Source of the DNA: a virus
Length of the DNA stretch: 64,000 nt
Reading direction: 5' to 3' (one strand)
IMG/VR virus record: IMGVR_UViG_3300010412_000003
Coordinates: 1-64,000 of that record
Shown here: positions 27,023-37,140 of the stretch, piece by piece
Layout of the letters: each line of letters begins with the position of its first letter
Numbering within the stretch: position 1 is the first letter of the stretch
Translations under genes and position numbers: made by a program
Notes under the pieces: model-generated
The model's input: the letters and a program-made list of their open reading frames with translations, nothing else
Database searches by the model: none
What the model was told of the DNA's origin: nothing

Positions 27023-27524
27023 CAGAAAAGAACCACCTGTAGAACTTATAATGACTGAGAAAATTGCTTCTGCAATGATGTTTGCAATCAAGAAACACAA
27101 AGGTCAATTGTATAATGGTAAGGATTATTTTAAGGAGCATGTTTTAGATGTTTTGAAACTTGTTTGCCAAACACAATTTAGGCGCAATGAGGATGTTTTG
27201 GTTGCTACAATCTTACATGATATTGTTGAAGATACAGAGGTCACTCTGGAAGAGATCAAAAAAGAATTTGGTAGGAATGTGGCAAATCTTGTAGACCTTG
27301 TTACTCACAACAAAGTAGATGATCATTACAGTGCTTACACAGTTCGATTGAAAAATAGTGGAAACAAAGGTGCTATAACCATAAAATTATGTGATCTTAC
27401 TTCTAATTTGAGCAAATTAGAATGTGTTGATGATGAATTAAGAAAATATCTTTTGAGAAAGAAGTACCTAAATGCTCTTACGTATTTGACGTTAGGATAT
27501 TTTGAAGAAAAAACAAACTACTAG
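27012..27524 (+). CDS. HD-domain (p)ppGpp hydrolase-like protein (small alarmone hydrolase/Mesh1 type)
   Basis: AxxFAxxxHxGQ, Y..H, LHDIVEDT, FG..VA.LV..VT, IKLCD...N. Confidence 0.85.
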   Translation: MKNNRKEPPVELIMTEKIASAMMFAIKKHKGQLYNGKDYFKEHVLDVLKLVCQTQFRRNEDVLVATILHDIVEDTEVTLEEIKKEFGRNVANLVDLVTHNKVDDHYSAYTVRLKNSGNKGAITIKLCDLTSNLSKLECVDDELRKYLLRKKYLNALTYLTLGYFEEKTNY

Positions 27525-27533
27525 GAAAATATA

Positions 27534-27905
27534 ATGACTAGAATAAATTGCTTGCCAGTTGAAGAGTTGTCAGACCAACATCTGTTTGCTGAATATAGAG
27601 AGCTTCCAAGAGTGAGACATTTAGAACCTAGGCATAGTGATATTAAAGAATATAAATTGGGTGATGGTCATGTAAAATTCTTTTTGGATAAAGGTCTTTG
27701 GTTGCAACATCGTCATGAAGAATTAAAAAATGAATTAGATGCAAGGGGAATTCAAACAAGCATACCTGTATTATCACTTAGTTGGGATAGTGAATTTATG
27801 CTTGATTGGATTCCAACAGAAAAAGACATTGAAATTAATATTGAAAGAATTCTTGAAAGAATATATAATGGAAAAATAAAACATACATGGAGTAATAAAA
27901 AATGA
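27534..27905 (+). CDS. denV: pyrimidine-dimer DNA glycosylase (T4 endonuclease V family)
   Basis: MTRIN...LSDQHLFAEYRELPR, LGDGHVKFF. Confidence 0.92.
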   Translation: MTRINCLPVEELSDQHLFAEYRELPRVRHLEPRHSDIKEYKLGDGHVKFFLDKGLWLQHRHEELKNELDARGIQTSIPVLSLSWDSEFMLDWIPTEKDIEINIERILERIYNGKIKHTWSNKK

Positions 27906-29008
27906 GTGAAAGAACATTGGCAAGCATTCAGGTAATTGAAGACATTCAGCCAATCCCAAAATATGACAATATTGAATACGCACAAGTTTTGGGATGGTGG
28001 GTAATTGTTCGAAAAGGGGAATATGTTATTGGTGATAAAACAATTTACATTGAAATTGATTCTGTTTTACCACCTAGAGAAGAATATGAATTCTTGAGAA
28101 AACGCAATTTCAGGATTAAGACAATGAGAATGGCAGGGGTTGTTTCTCAGGGAATTTGTTTCAAGCCAGAATTACTTTTACCAAATACAAGCAGGTATAA
28201 AGTTGGTGATGATGTAACTGAAATTCTTGGAGTTGAAAAATACGAACCAGATCAATACAACAGAAAGCTACCCACAGGAAAAAAGGGTTCTCCAAAATAT
28301 CCAAAATTTTTGCTTAGATTTAAATGGTTTAGAAATCTTGTTTTGAATAGAAAAGACAATCGTGGATTTCCTAGATTTATTTCAAAGACTGATGAAACAA
28401 GAATTCAAAATATGCCATTTGTTTTTAAAGACAAAGAGACACAATATATTGTAAGAGAAAAAATTGATGGACAAAGCACAACATTTTTTCTCGAAAAGAA
28501 AAAGCTTGGATGGTTGAGGAAAACAGAATTTGATTTTGGAGTATGCTCAAGAAATTTAAGATTGTGGAAAAAAGATGATAGTCCATTTTGGTTTATTGCA
28601 AATTATCATAAAATAGAAGATGTTTTAAAATCAATTTTTGTTATCACTGATGCAAAACACTTTGTTGCAATTCAGGGAGAGACAATTTCTCCAAGCGCAC
28701 AAGGGAATAAATACTTGGTCAGTGAGCCAGAATTTTATGCTTTCAATTTTATTGTTGATGGTGTAAAAATAAATTCAATTACATCTAGTGAAATATTAAT
28801 GGATTATGGAATATCTTGGTGTCCACTTGTTGCTACGAAATTTACATTTGATGGAATTGATGATGTTGAAATGTTGATGCACTATGTTGATGGAAGATCG
28901 CATATAAATCCAAATGTTTTACGTGAGGGATTTGTTTTCAGAAATGAAAAGAAAGATGTTTCTTTCAAATGTGTGTCAAATAAATTTTTGTTAAAGTATA
29001 ATGAATGA
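27902..29008 (+). CDS. Rnl2-type ATP-dependent RNA ligase (DRB0094-like)
   Basis: N-terminal OB-like IEIDSVLP..SQG; KTDETRIQN; EKIDG adenylation motif; CSRN; QGE; REGFV; SFK. Confidence 0.9.
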   Translation: MSERTLASIQVIEDIQPIPKYDNIEYAQVLGWWVIVRKGEYVIGDKTIYIEIDSVLPPREEYEFLRKRNFRIKTMRMAGVVSQGICFKPELLLPNTSRYKVGDDVTEILGVEKYEPDQYNRKLPTGKKGSPKYPKFLLRFKWFRNLVLNRKDNRGFPRFISKTDETRIQNMPFVFKDKETQYIVREKIDGQSTTFFLEKKKLGWLRKTEFDFGVCSRNLRLWKKDDSPFWFIANYHKIEDVLKSIFVITDAKHFVAIQGETISPSAQGNKYLVSEPEFYAFNFIVDGVKINSITSSEILMDYGISWCPLVATKFTFDGIDDVEMLMHYVDGRSHINPNVLREGFVFRNEKKDVSFKCVSNKFLLKYNE

Positions 29009-29020
29009 TTGGAGATTAAT

Positions 29021-29443
29021 ATGAGTAGATCAATTGAGGATATTCACAAGGAAGCTAGAAGTGGTACTGGCTCACATATGTATCGTTGTTATAATTATCA
29101 TGCTCTTCGGGTTGAATTTTATTGTGAAAACTGCATTGATGATTTGCCATCATACATAGATGTTGAGGGAAACCCAAAGGCAAATTTGTTTACAAAATGT
29201 GAATCTTGTGGGTTTCAGCACAAAGATCACTTGATGAATTTCTTTTTGTTTTGGATGTTTATTTATCCACTAATTACGCTAACTACTATATCAACAATGC
29301 ATCACAACATGGAAATGGAATTTTTTATGGGCAAGAGTGTACTTGGTTATTGGATGTGGGTAGCAATGTTGTCTTGGTTGGGTGGTGGTTTTTTAATGTT
29401 TTGCATCAGAGCAATTCAGAAAAAAATAGCAAGAGAATGGTAA
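29021..29443 (+). CDS. membrane protein with Cys motifs
   Basis: CENC...CESC then two hydrophobic helices; GGAG RBS. Confidence 0.6.
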   Translation: MSRSIEDIHKEARSGTGSHMYRCYNYHALRVEFYCENCIDDLPSYIDVEGNPKANLFTKCESCGFQHKDHLMNFFLFWMFIYPLITLTTISTMHHNMEMEFFMGKSVLGYWMWVAMLSWLGGGFLMFCIRAIQKKIAREW

Positions 29444-29452
29444 GCGAGTTTC

Positions 29453-29481
29453 TTGACAAAAATAAAGTTTAATGGTAGAAT
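29453..29481 (+). promoter_or_regulatory. sigma70/sigmaA promoter
   Basis: TTGACA-17 bp-TAGAAT with TG extension. Confidence 0.8.
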
Positions 29482-29490
29482 GATATTATA

Positions 29491-29559
29491 TTGGGCTATG
29501 GAGTGTCTTCCTTCTAAATTGAAATAGACTTTCACCGTTTAGATATTCCAGTTTCCCAA
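29491..29559 (+). ncRNA. Y-RNA-like hairpin, copy 1
   Basis: TTGGG-CTA-TGGAGTGTCT-TCCTTC-loop-AGATATTCCA-GTTT-CCCAA. Confidence 0.7.
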
Positions 29560-29571
29560 AAACTTTTAAAA

Positions 29572-29633
29572 TGGGCTATGGCATTCCTTCCTTCCAAAAA
29601 ACCGCACACTTTTATAGGAATGCCAATTTCCCA
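29572..29633 (+). ncRNA. Y-RNA-like hairpin, copy 2
   Basis: TGGG-CTA-TGGCATTCCT-TCCTTC-loop-AGGAATGCCA-ATTT-CCCA; compensatory changes relative to copy 1. Confidence 0.7.
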
Positions 29634-29653
29634 ATTTCACAAAAAGGAAAAAA

Positions 29654-31759
29654 ATGAATAATTCAGAAGCAACCTATTTTTTGATGGAAAGAAAAAATAA
29701 AGTTATTTTACCAGATCGTACATATCGTGATGCACATAACACAGCTTATGTTGCGACAATGATGTATGGTTTGGTAAATTTAGGTTACACATTTTCATCG
29801 AAACTATTTGATCATCTTTCAAAACACTCCAAGACAGATATTGATAATGCTTTTGAAAGCATTATTGGTGTTTTAAATCAAAGATTGGGAAATGATGTTG
29901 TTCATAGAGCAATGTATCCAAATTTTCCAAGACAGGTAATGGAAGCACATGAAGTTGAGTTGCTTATCAATGCCATTATGCACTATTGGTCTGGTGGAAA
30001 TGTTACCCCTGTATATGAGAAACTTTCAAGACAAAAAATTGAAGTTAAAAAATTTGATGAATTAAAAGTTATTGATCTTGGAAAAACAAGAGACTTTTTT
30101 GAAATGTTTACCGCAATCTTGAAATCAAAAACATCAATTTCTCAGCGTGATGTTGCATATCTTGAATGGTATATGTCCTTTTTCCCAAGTGTGTTTTCTT
30201 TGGAAATTGAAAAAATTACCATGAAAGAGATTGTTGCAGTTTATTCTGGATTGATTATCAAACATCTTGGTGAAGATTTTTGGTTCAAATATATTTCAGA
30301 TCACATCACAAACCCAAATGATGTTTTAAGAATTGCAACTTATCTTTCTGGTGGTGACGTAAGTCTTTCAACTAATACTGAATTCACCAATATGCCAAGA
30401 AGCATTAGAAGACTTTTAATTCAGTTATTAGATAATTTTGCAGAAAACAATTTTTTGCTTTGGGTCATGGTTGAAATGAAACCCCATTTTAAGAAATGGA
30501 TTAGATTGGGAGAGGTTCTTCACCCATTTGAAGATAGGTATTCAAAATATAAGGGTGCAATTAGATTGTTTGACTTTGTGCGAAATAATGTTCACTCTGT
30601 AAAAACATACAACTCTCTTGTTGAAAAATATTTTAATCAACGTGAGTATGGTTTGCTTGTTTCAACGCTACGAGAAAAACCAACCATGTATGCCAGAAAT
30701 TTGAATAGAATTATTAATACAATGGAGCATGTTACAACAAAAAAGATTGTAATGGATTTCTGTGAGGTTATTGATAAAGTATCAACAACTGTTTTGATCA
30801 ACATGGTTTCTCATTTTTCTAGTTTGATGAATATGAGATATAGAGTTTTCTTTCCAAAAAGCAATGTTGGAAAAGTATATGGAATGGTAAATAATCTTCC
30901 ACTGATTGACAAGTATACTGTTGAAAATGTTATTTATCATATTAAGTTGGAATTGATCAAAAGATTTAGCAAACTTGAAAGTCTTGGAAATGTTTATATT
31001 AATCCAAATCTTTCTAAATATGCTGTTCCATTTTCTCAGAGATCAGCAAGCGAATCACTAATGGGTCTTACAAGAGGTAGTAAATTTGAATTCTCTGGAA
31101 ACATTTTGAGATTTTTTATCTATTGGGAAAATAATATGAGCAGAGTTGATCTTGATTTATCTGTCACATTTTATGATGAAAATTTCAACATTGTTAATTC
31201 TGTATGGTATAGAAATTTGAGAAATCGTTTTTCTACTCACAGTGGGGATTTTGTCTCTGGTGAAAATGGTGTCAGTGAATTTGTTGATATTGATGTTCAA
31301 GATGCAGTTTATCTTGGTGCTGTTTATGCTGTGCCAAATCTAATCTCATTTACTGGTCAGGGATTCAAAGAGCTTGAAAAATGTTACATCGGCTGGATGG
31401 AAAGAAATGATATGATGTCTGGTGAAATTTATGAGCCATCAACTGTTGTAGATAAAATCAACGTATCGTCAGATTCGCAAACATATATTCCAGTTGTTTT
31501 GGATTTGAAAAATCGTGAGGCAGTTGTTGCTGACATTTCAGTTGCTGGTAGAAGACATGGAAACCAAGCAAGTAATTTGAAAATGTTAAAATGGGTTGGG
31601 TTGTCATTGATGAACTCAAAGAAAATGAATGTAAAAGAGCTTTTGGAATTACATGCTACTGCTAGAGGAAAAATTGTTGATAACATTGAAGATGCTGATA
31701 CGGTATTCCTAGAGGGTTTCGGTTTAGAAACGGATGTAATTGTTTCAGAATTTTTATAA
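29654..31759 (+). CDS. putative Ro/TROVE-like alpha-helical domain fused to C-terminal TerD-like domain
   Basis: N-terminal MYPNFP..V, DVLR..SGGD.SL, W..LGE.LHP; C-terminal RFFIYW..VDLDLS, HSGD, SEFVDID TerD-type motifs. Confidence 0.65.
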   Translation: MNNSEATYFLMERKNKVILPDRTYRDAHNTAYVATMMYGLVNLGYTFSSKLFDHLSKHSKTDIDNAFESIIGVLNQRLGNDVVHRAMYPNFPRQVMEAHEVELLINAIMHYWSGGNVTPVYEKLSRQKIEVKKFDELKVIDLGKTRDFFEMFTAILKSKTSISQRDVAYLEWYMSFFPSVFSLEIEKITMKEIVAVYSGLIIKHLGEDFWFKYISDHITNPNDVLRIATYLSGGDVSLSTNTEFTNMPRSIRRLLIQLLDNFAENNFLLWVMVEMKPHFKKWIRLGEVLHPFEDRYSKYKGAIRLFDFVRNNVHSVKTYNSLVEKYFNQREYGLLVSTLREKPTMYARNLNRIINTMEHVTTKKIVMDFCEVIDKVSTTVLINMVSHFSSLMNMRYRVFFPKSNVGKVYGMVNNLPLIDKYTVENVIYHIKLELIKRFSKLESLGNVYINPNLSKYAVPFSQRSASESLMGLTRGSKFEFSGNILRFFIYWENNMSRVDLDLSVTFYDENFNIVNSVWYRNLRNRFSTHSGDFVSGENGVSEFVDIDVQDAVYLGAVYAVPNLISFTGQGFKELEKCYIGWMERNDMMSGEIYEPSTVVDKINVSSDSQTYIPVVLDLKNREAVVADISVAGRRHGNQASNLKMLKWVGLSLMNSKKMNVKELLELHATARGKIVDNIEDADTVFLEGFGLETDVIVSEFL

Positions 31760-31782
31760 AATAGAAAGGGGTATAAAGTAAA

Positions 31783-32334
31783 ATGGAAGTAATTGTTATG
31801 TGTGAACAGGGATACCAGCAAGCACTTGTCGGGTTATCTTTGAGGAAAAATGTTTCATTAGAAGAGGTTGAATTTAAACTAATGGAATATGCCAATCGTG
31901 ATGATGGTCACGATAAGTTTTTAGAGGCAATGGTTGTTTGGATAGATGTAATAGCACCAAGATATTTTTGGCAACAATTTGATAAAGTAAGAATTGGTGT
32001 GTCAACTCAGTCTGAATCAACAATGCATACGTTAAAACGTGGTGCTTTAACACAGGAAAGCTTTGAAGGTGGAATCAACGATTTGTATTTGAGATTTTTG
32101 AACAAACTAATAGAAGAGGGTATGTTAGAAGAGTTTAAAAAGCATCTTCCAGAATCTTTTCTGCAAAGAAGAATTGTTTGTACTGATTATAAAACATTAA
32201 AAAGGATTATACACTCAAGACATAAAGATAAAATGTGTGAATGGAAGAAATTTGTTAATTGTGTTTTGAGACAGTTGTCACATGCCGAACTTATTATGAA
32301 TGGCACAAATATTGACGACTTTTTTAATTGTTAG
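31783..32334 (+). CDS. ThyX/Thy1-like protein (short, divergent)
   Basis: GHDKFL, APRYFWQQF, SESTMH, LPESFLQ, EWKKF. Confidence 0.55.
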   Translation: MEVIVMCEQGYQQALVGLSLRKNVSLEEVEFKLMEYANRDDGHDKFLEAMVVWIDVIAPRYFWQQFDKVRIGVSTQSESTMHTLKRGALTQESFEGGINDLYLRFLNKLIEEGMLEEFKKHLPESFLQRRIVCTDYKTLKRIIHSRHKDKMCEWKKFVNCVLRQLSHAELIMNGTNIDDFFNC

Positions 32335-32916
32335 ATGCCATCTGGAAAAATACATGATCAAATTTGGAGAGTGGGACTTGACTACATGCTTGTTGCAACA
32401 TTATCTGTCATTTTCCCACTCATAATTTTTACAGGCGAAGTTGAATTAATTGCAATTTTTTCTGGATATTTATTAGGTTCTTTTATAGAGCCAGATTTAG
32501 ATCAGTATGCCATAACAACCTCAGAGGCAAGGCTATACAAGTGGTTCAAGGATGTTGGTGCTTTTATTGTTGGATATTTTACTTGGTATGCTTATCGTTT
32601 CAAACATAGGGGAATATCACACTTTCCAGTTATTGGAACACTAACCAGATGGATTTGGATGTTCTTTCCATTTATGATTTACTGGATATTATCAGGAAAT
32701 TATGATGGATTTTTGATTTTAAAAAACAAATGGTTAATTTATATGTTTATTGGAAATTCAATTTCTGATCTTCTCCATATTGGTGCTGATCGTGATTGGT
32801 TTGTAATGAAAATATTTTATAGACAAATAAGAAAGAAAAAACAAAAAAAATACAAAATAGTTAATCCCTTAGATAAACTTACGTTAAGGGTTAATAAAAT
32901 ATTAAATAAAAGGTAA
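32335..32916 (+). CDS. DUF2227-like membrane metal-binding protein
   Basis: MPSGKIHD, PDLD, HRGISH, LHIGAD with transmembrane helices. Confidence 0.75.
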   Translation: MPSGKIHDQIWRVGLDYMLVATLSVIFPLIIFTGEVELIAIFSGYLLGSFIEPDLDQYAITTSEARLYKWFKDVGAFIVGYFTWYAYRFKHRGISHFPVIGTLTRWIWMFFPFMIYWILSGNYDGFLILKNKWLIYMFIGNSISDLLHIGADRDWFVMKIFYRQIRKKKQKKYKIVNPLDKLTLRVNKILNKR

Positions 32917-32940
32917 ATAAAATTTTAAGTAGAGGTAAAT

Positions 32941-33306
32941 ATGAGTGAAGAAAAAGAAACATTAAATCTTATGGCTTTTAGAGTGCCTATAAGTATATGC
33001 CCTAGATGTGGAGAAAGTCATGATGAAGTTCTAATCAAACAATTAGTAAATTCTTTTATTGTAAACGAAGATACAACACTGGAAGGTTATTCTTGGGTAA
33101 AGATTGTGAAAAATTTAGATACAACAGAACCAGTTCCGAATATGGATAATTTTAACCCATCTTTATTTATCAATCCAATGGTGATTAAACTTAACAAAGA
33201 AGAAAATTGGCAAAATAATTATACTTTCTGGACACAATGCCCAACAAATGATGAACCAGTATTTTTAGCAATTCAAATCAAATATGTTGAGGAAGAAGAT
33301 AAATAA
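32941..33306 (+). CDS. hypothetical protein
   Basis: CPRC..H...CP; GAGG RBS. Confidence 0.6.
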   Translation: MSEEKETLNLMAFRVPISICPRCGESHDEVLIKQLVNSFIVNEDTTLEGYSWVKIVKNLDTTEPVPNMDNFNPSLFINPMVIKLNKEENWQNNYTFWTQCPTNDEPVFLAIQIKYVEEEDK

Positions 33307-33307
33307 A

Positions 33308-33610
33308 ATGATCAAAAGCAAAAAAAGAAAAGTTCTCAGATATACTTCTGATCTTTATGTAAAAAGTTCTTTTCCATTTGTTCATACAAACAATTTAGAG
33401 GAAGCAAAAAATTATTATCCATTTCACGAAATTGTTAGAACACTAATTTACTGGAAATACAAAATTCGTGTTAAACCAATAAACCTTCTAAGTGTTAGTG
33501 GAAAGTTTGATGCAAGAATGGAAGTTGAAACTGGTGGTGTAAAGGGATGGTGGAATAAATTATTATTGAAAATTGTAAGATATTTAGATGAAAAAAGGAC
33601 TAGTTTATAA
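33308..33610 (+). CDS. hypothetical protein
   Basis: basic ORF, ATG 33308. Confidence 0.55.
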   Translation: MIKSKKRKVLRYTSDLYVKSSFPFVHTNNLEEAKNYYPFHEIVRTLIYWKYKIRVKPINLLSVSGKFDARMEVETGGVKGWWNKLLLKIVRYLDEKRTSL

Positions 33611-34206
33611 TGGAAGCAATTATTACAATTTCTGGAAAAGCACAAGCAGGTAAGGATTTTTTTGCTCAGACGTTAAAGGAATACTTGGAAAAGGAGCATA
33701 ACAAAAAAGTTGTTGTGATTCACTATGCAGATTATTTGAAATTTATTTGTAAAGAGTATTATGGATGGAATGGAGAAAAAGATGAAGCTGGAAGAACACT
33801 GTTGCAAAAAGTTGGAACTGATGTTGTAAGAAAATTAAACAAAACATTTTGGGTTGATACTGTTGTTAATTTCATCAATGCCTTTAGAAATGAATTTGAT
33901 TGGTTTATTATTCCAGATTGTCGTTTCCCAAATGAAATTGATACACTAAGATATATTTATGAAAATAAATTTGTTGCAGTAAATTTATACAGAACACAAT
34001 ATGGTGGTGTTTTTGAAAATACTCTAACAGAAGAGCAGAGAAACCATCCATCAGAAATTGCTCTTGATGGCTACACTAAATACGACTTTACAATTGAAAA
34101 TAATGGTTTGCAAAGCGGAATGAAATCTATGGTTCAATGGTTTGTTCATGAAGTTGAATATTTGTTTCAAGATAAAATTATATTAGAAAAGAGGGGAGAG
34201 TTTTAA
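33610..34206 (+). CDS. deoxynucleoside monophosphate kinase
   Basis: ISGKAQAGKD, YADYLK, RTLLQKVGTD, PDCRFPNE, HPSE. Confidence 0.85.
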   Translation: MEAIITISGKAQAGKDFFAQTLKEYLEKEHNKKVVVIHYADYLKFICKEYYGWNGEKDEAGRTLLQKVGTDVVRKLNKTFWVDTVVNFINAFRNEFDWFIIPDCRFPNEIDTLRYIYENKFVAVNLYRTQYGGVFENTLTEEQRNHPSEIALDGYTKYDFTIENNGLQSGMKSMVQWFVHEVEYLFQDKIILEKRGEF

Positions 34207-36194
34207 TGAAATTTCCAGTTTTAGAGAGGTTTAATTTTAGCAGTTCTTTTATTGAAGAGTGGAAAAATCAAAAACCAAATTTTGGATTTAATGGACTTGG
34301 AGAATTTGTTTTTTTTAGAACATATTCTCGCATTAAAGAGAATAGATACAATGAACAGTGGTGGGAAGTTGTTCAAAGAGTTGTTGAAGGTGAATTTTCT
34401 CTTCAAAAACAGCATGTAATTGATGGCGGTTTGGGTTGGGATAATAGGAAGGCACAATCATCAGCAAAAGAAACATTTGAAAGAATATTCAATTTCAAAA
34501 TGATTCCAAGTGGCAGAAGTCTTTGGGCTATGGGTACTCCACTTGTTATGGAGAAAGGTTTAACAAGTTCCTTGTTTAGTTGTGCATTTATTAGTACAGC
34601 CAACATGAAAGAAAATGCTGGACAACCATTTATGCAAGTGATGGATTTGCTCATGACTGGTGTTGGGGTTGGTGGTGATATTTTGGGTGCTGGTTTAGAA
34701 ATTAAAGAACCAAATAAATTGAAACTAAAATATACAATTCCAGATTCTAGAGAGGGTTGGGTAAATTCTGTTGGAATGGCAATCAATGCATTTTTTGGTG
34801 GAGATAATTATGAATTTGATTATTCTGAAATTAGACCATATGGTTCTCCAATAAAAACATTTGGTGGTACAGCAAGTGGTCATGAACCACTAAAAGAATT
34901 GCATGAAGCTATAGTTGAAATGTTTTATGGAAAAGCAGGTGAGGGAGTCACAGCAACAAACATTGTTGACATTTTCAATCTTATTGCCAAAGCTGTTGTT
35001 GCTGGTAATACCAGAAGATCAGCAGAGATTATGATTGGAGACAAAACAGAAGAGTTTTTGAATTTAAAAAACTACGAAGTTAATCCTCACAGAGCAACAT
35101 TTGGATGGGCAAGTAACAATACAATTTATGCAAAAATTGGTGATGATTATTCACAGGTAGCAAAAAGAATTGCTGATAATGGAGAACCAGCACTTTTTTG
35201 GATTGACAATGCAAGAGAGTATGGAAGAATGAGGGATGGTGAAAGAAACTTTAAAGATATGAATGTTATGGGTCTGAATCCATGCGGAGAAATTACTCTC
35301 GAAGATGGGGAGTTGTGTAATCTTGTTGAGATTGTCCTTCCGAAACAAGAAAATTTGGATGATTTTAAAAAGACAATTAAATATGCATATTTGTATGCAA
35401 AAACAATGACCTTATTGGGAATTGGATGGGAAAATACAAATCGAGTTCTTATGAGAAACAGAAGAATTGGATTGTCTCTTACTGGCATTGCCCAATTTGT
35501 TGCAAAGCATGGAATTAATACACTAATAGAATGGATGGAGGAAGGGTATAAAACAGCTAGGTACTATGATGATGTGTATAGCAAGTGGTTGGGAATTAGA
35601 GAAAGTATAAAAGTAACAACTGTAAAACCATCTGGAACTGTTTCTCTTTTGGCTGGATGTACTGCTGGTCTTCATTATCCAGAAAGTCAATATTATATTA
35701 GAAGAGTAAGAGTTGGCAAAGGTACTCAATTTGAAAAGATTTTATCTAGTGCTGGATTCCATGTAGAACCTGCATTTGGTCAAGAAGAATCAACTGTTGT
35801 TGTTGAGTTTCCAGTTTTTGCTGGTGAAAATGTAAAAACAATTAAAGATGTTTCTATGTGGGAACAAATGGCACTTGCTTCTTTAGCCCAAAAATATTGG
35901 GCAGACAATTCTGTTTCTGTTACAGTGACATTCGGAGAAGATGAAGTTTCTCAAATTGCCCAAGCACTAGATTTCTTTCAATACGGACTAAAAGCAGTTT
36001 CTTTATTACCAAGGGCAAAAGATGGAATGTACCCTCAAATGCCATATGAGCCAATCACAGAACAAAAATATTATGAAATGTTGTCGAAACTAAATGAGAT
36101 TGATTACTCTAGTTTGTTTGGTTCTGAGGCATTAGTTGAAAAGTTTTGTGCCAATGATGTTTGTGAAATTGATTTTGAACCAAGTGGGGATTAA
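34206..36194 (+). CDS. nrdJ: class II (B12-dependent) ribonucleotide reductase, monomeric RTPR type
   Basis: [37 protein letters not shown]-terminal CANDVC. Confidence 0.92.
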   Translation: MKFPVLERFNFSSSFIEEWKNQKPNFGFNGLGEFVFFRTYSRIKENRYNEQWWEVVQRVVEGEFSLQKQHVIDGGLGWDNRKAQSSAKETFERIFNFKMIPSGRSLWAMGTPLVMEKGLTSSLFSCAFISTANMKENAGQPFMQVMDLLMTGVGVGGDILGAGLEIKEPNKLKLKYTIPDSREGWVNSVGMAINAFFGGDNYEFDYSEIRPYGSPIKTFGGTASGHEPLKELHEAIVEMFYGKAGEGVTATNIVDIFNLIAKAVVAGNTRRSAEIMIGDKTEEFLNLKNYEVNPHRATFGWASNNTIYAKIGDDYSQVAKRIADNGEPALFWIDNAREYGRMRDGERNFKDMNVMGLNPCGEITLEDGELCNLVEIVLPKQENLDDFKKTIKYAYLYAKTMTLLGIGWENTNRVLMRNRRIGLSLTGIAQFVAKHGINTLIEWMEEGYKTARYYDDVYSKWLGIRESIKVTTVKPSGTVSLLAGCTAGLHYPESQYYIRRVRVGKGTQFEKILSSAGFHVEPAFGQEESTVVVEFPVFAGENVKTIKDVSMWEQMALASLAQKYWADNSVSVTVTFGEDEVSQIAQALDFFQYGLKAVSLLPRAKDGMYPQMPYEPITEQKYYEMLSKLNEIDYSSLFGSEALVEKFCANDVCEIDFEPSGD

Positions 36195-36241
36195 AAATGC
36201 TTTACAATTACTCATGTATTAATTACGATGCGGAGGAAGTC

Positions 36242-36667
36242 TTGAAAATAAAGATAAAGTATTTTACAGATATTGAAAAAATTGGAAAAATTGATATTGG
36301 GGACTGGATTGATCTAAGACTGGCAGAAGATGTTGGTATTTATAAAGGTGAACACAGGCTTTTACCACTAGGTATTGCAATGGAACTTCCAAAAGGATAT
36401 GAAGCTCACATTTTACCTAGAAGCTCTACATTCAAAAATTGGGGAATTTTGATTGCTAACTCTATGGCAGTAATTGATGAGTCATATAATGGGGATAGTG
36501 ACCAATGGTTTCTAAGTGTTTATGCAACAAGGGATGTTCTTATCAATAAAAATGATAGAATTTGTCAGTTTAGAATTATTGAAAAACAACCAGAGATCGA
36601 ATTTGTTGAAGTAGAAACATTGGGAAATGAAGATCGTGGTGGTTTTGGAACTACAGGTACAAGATGA
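36242..36667 (+). CDS. dut: dUTPase
   Basis: [26 protein letters not shown]; TTG start after GGAGG. Confidence 0.92.
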   Translation: MKIKIKYFTDIEKIGKIDIGDWIDLRLAEDVGIYKGEHRLLPLGIAMELPKGYEAHILPRSSTFKNWGILIANSMAVIDESYNGDSDQWFLSVYATRDVLINKNDRICQFRIIEKQPEIEFVEVETLGNEDRGGFGTTGTR

Positions 36668-36849
36668 ACTCCCTATTTGAAAATGAAGATGGGTCTCCAA
36701 GAAAACTTGGCAAGGATGAAAAAGAATACTTGGAAATGATCTTGGGAAAAATGATCAAAGACTTACAAACATTTGGTTCTTTCAAATCATTTATAACCAG
36801 CATGTATTATGAAACAAACAAACAAAATAATAATTACAAGTTGAATTAA
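36664..36849 (+). CDS. hypothetical protein
   Basis: 61-aa ORF, ATGA overlap. Confidence 0.55.
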   Translation: MNSLFENEDGSPRKLGKDEKEYLEMILGKMIKDLQTFGSFKSFITSMYYETNKQNNNYKLN

Positions 36850-36895
36850 CTAACATTGAAAATTTTATTATAAAAGAATAAAAAAGGAGGTTGTA

Positions 36896-36994
36896 ATGGA
36901 AAAAGAAAAACCAAAAAAGATTAGCATAAGACCTTTATCATGGGCAATTCTTTTGGCTACCAAAGGATTGACAATAAAAGAAGTAGTAAAATAA
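36896..36994 (+). CDS. small protein (32 aa)
   Basis: AAAGGAGG RBS; MEKEKPKKISIRPLSWAILLATKGLTIKEVVK. Confidence 0.5.
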   Translation: MEKEKPKKISIRPLSWAILLATKGLTIKEVVK

Positions 36995-37016
36995 GTGGTA
37001 TAAAGTTAAAAAAACG

Positions 37017-37055
37017 TAAAAAAAATAGGATGCAATTTGGCATCCTATTTTTTTA
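37017..37055. terminator. bidirectional intrinsic terminator between convergent arms
   Basis: A-tract-TAGGATGC-6 nt-GCATCCTA-T-tract. Confidence 0.85.
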
Positions 37056-37140
37056 TTAACTTTCCCCCTGTATGTGTGGTGTTTTCCCCTCTACATCCCC
37101 ACATATTCGGTATTTTAATTTAATAAAACATCTATTTTAT

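Noticed and set aside
29491-29633. CRISPR array interpretation of the tandem repeats
   Set aside because: Only two units, repeats are not identical (they covary as stems), and no cas genes in the window
18918-36194. Inteins or introns in DnaE, helicases or RNR
   Set aside because: Lengths are normal and no intein splice motifs or frame breaks were seen
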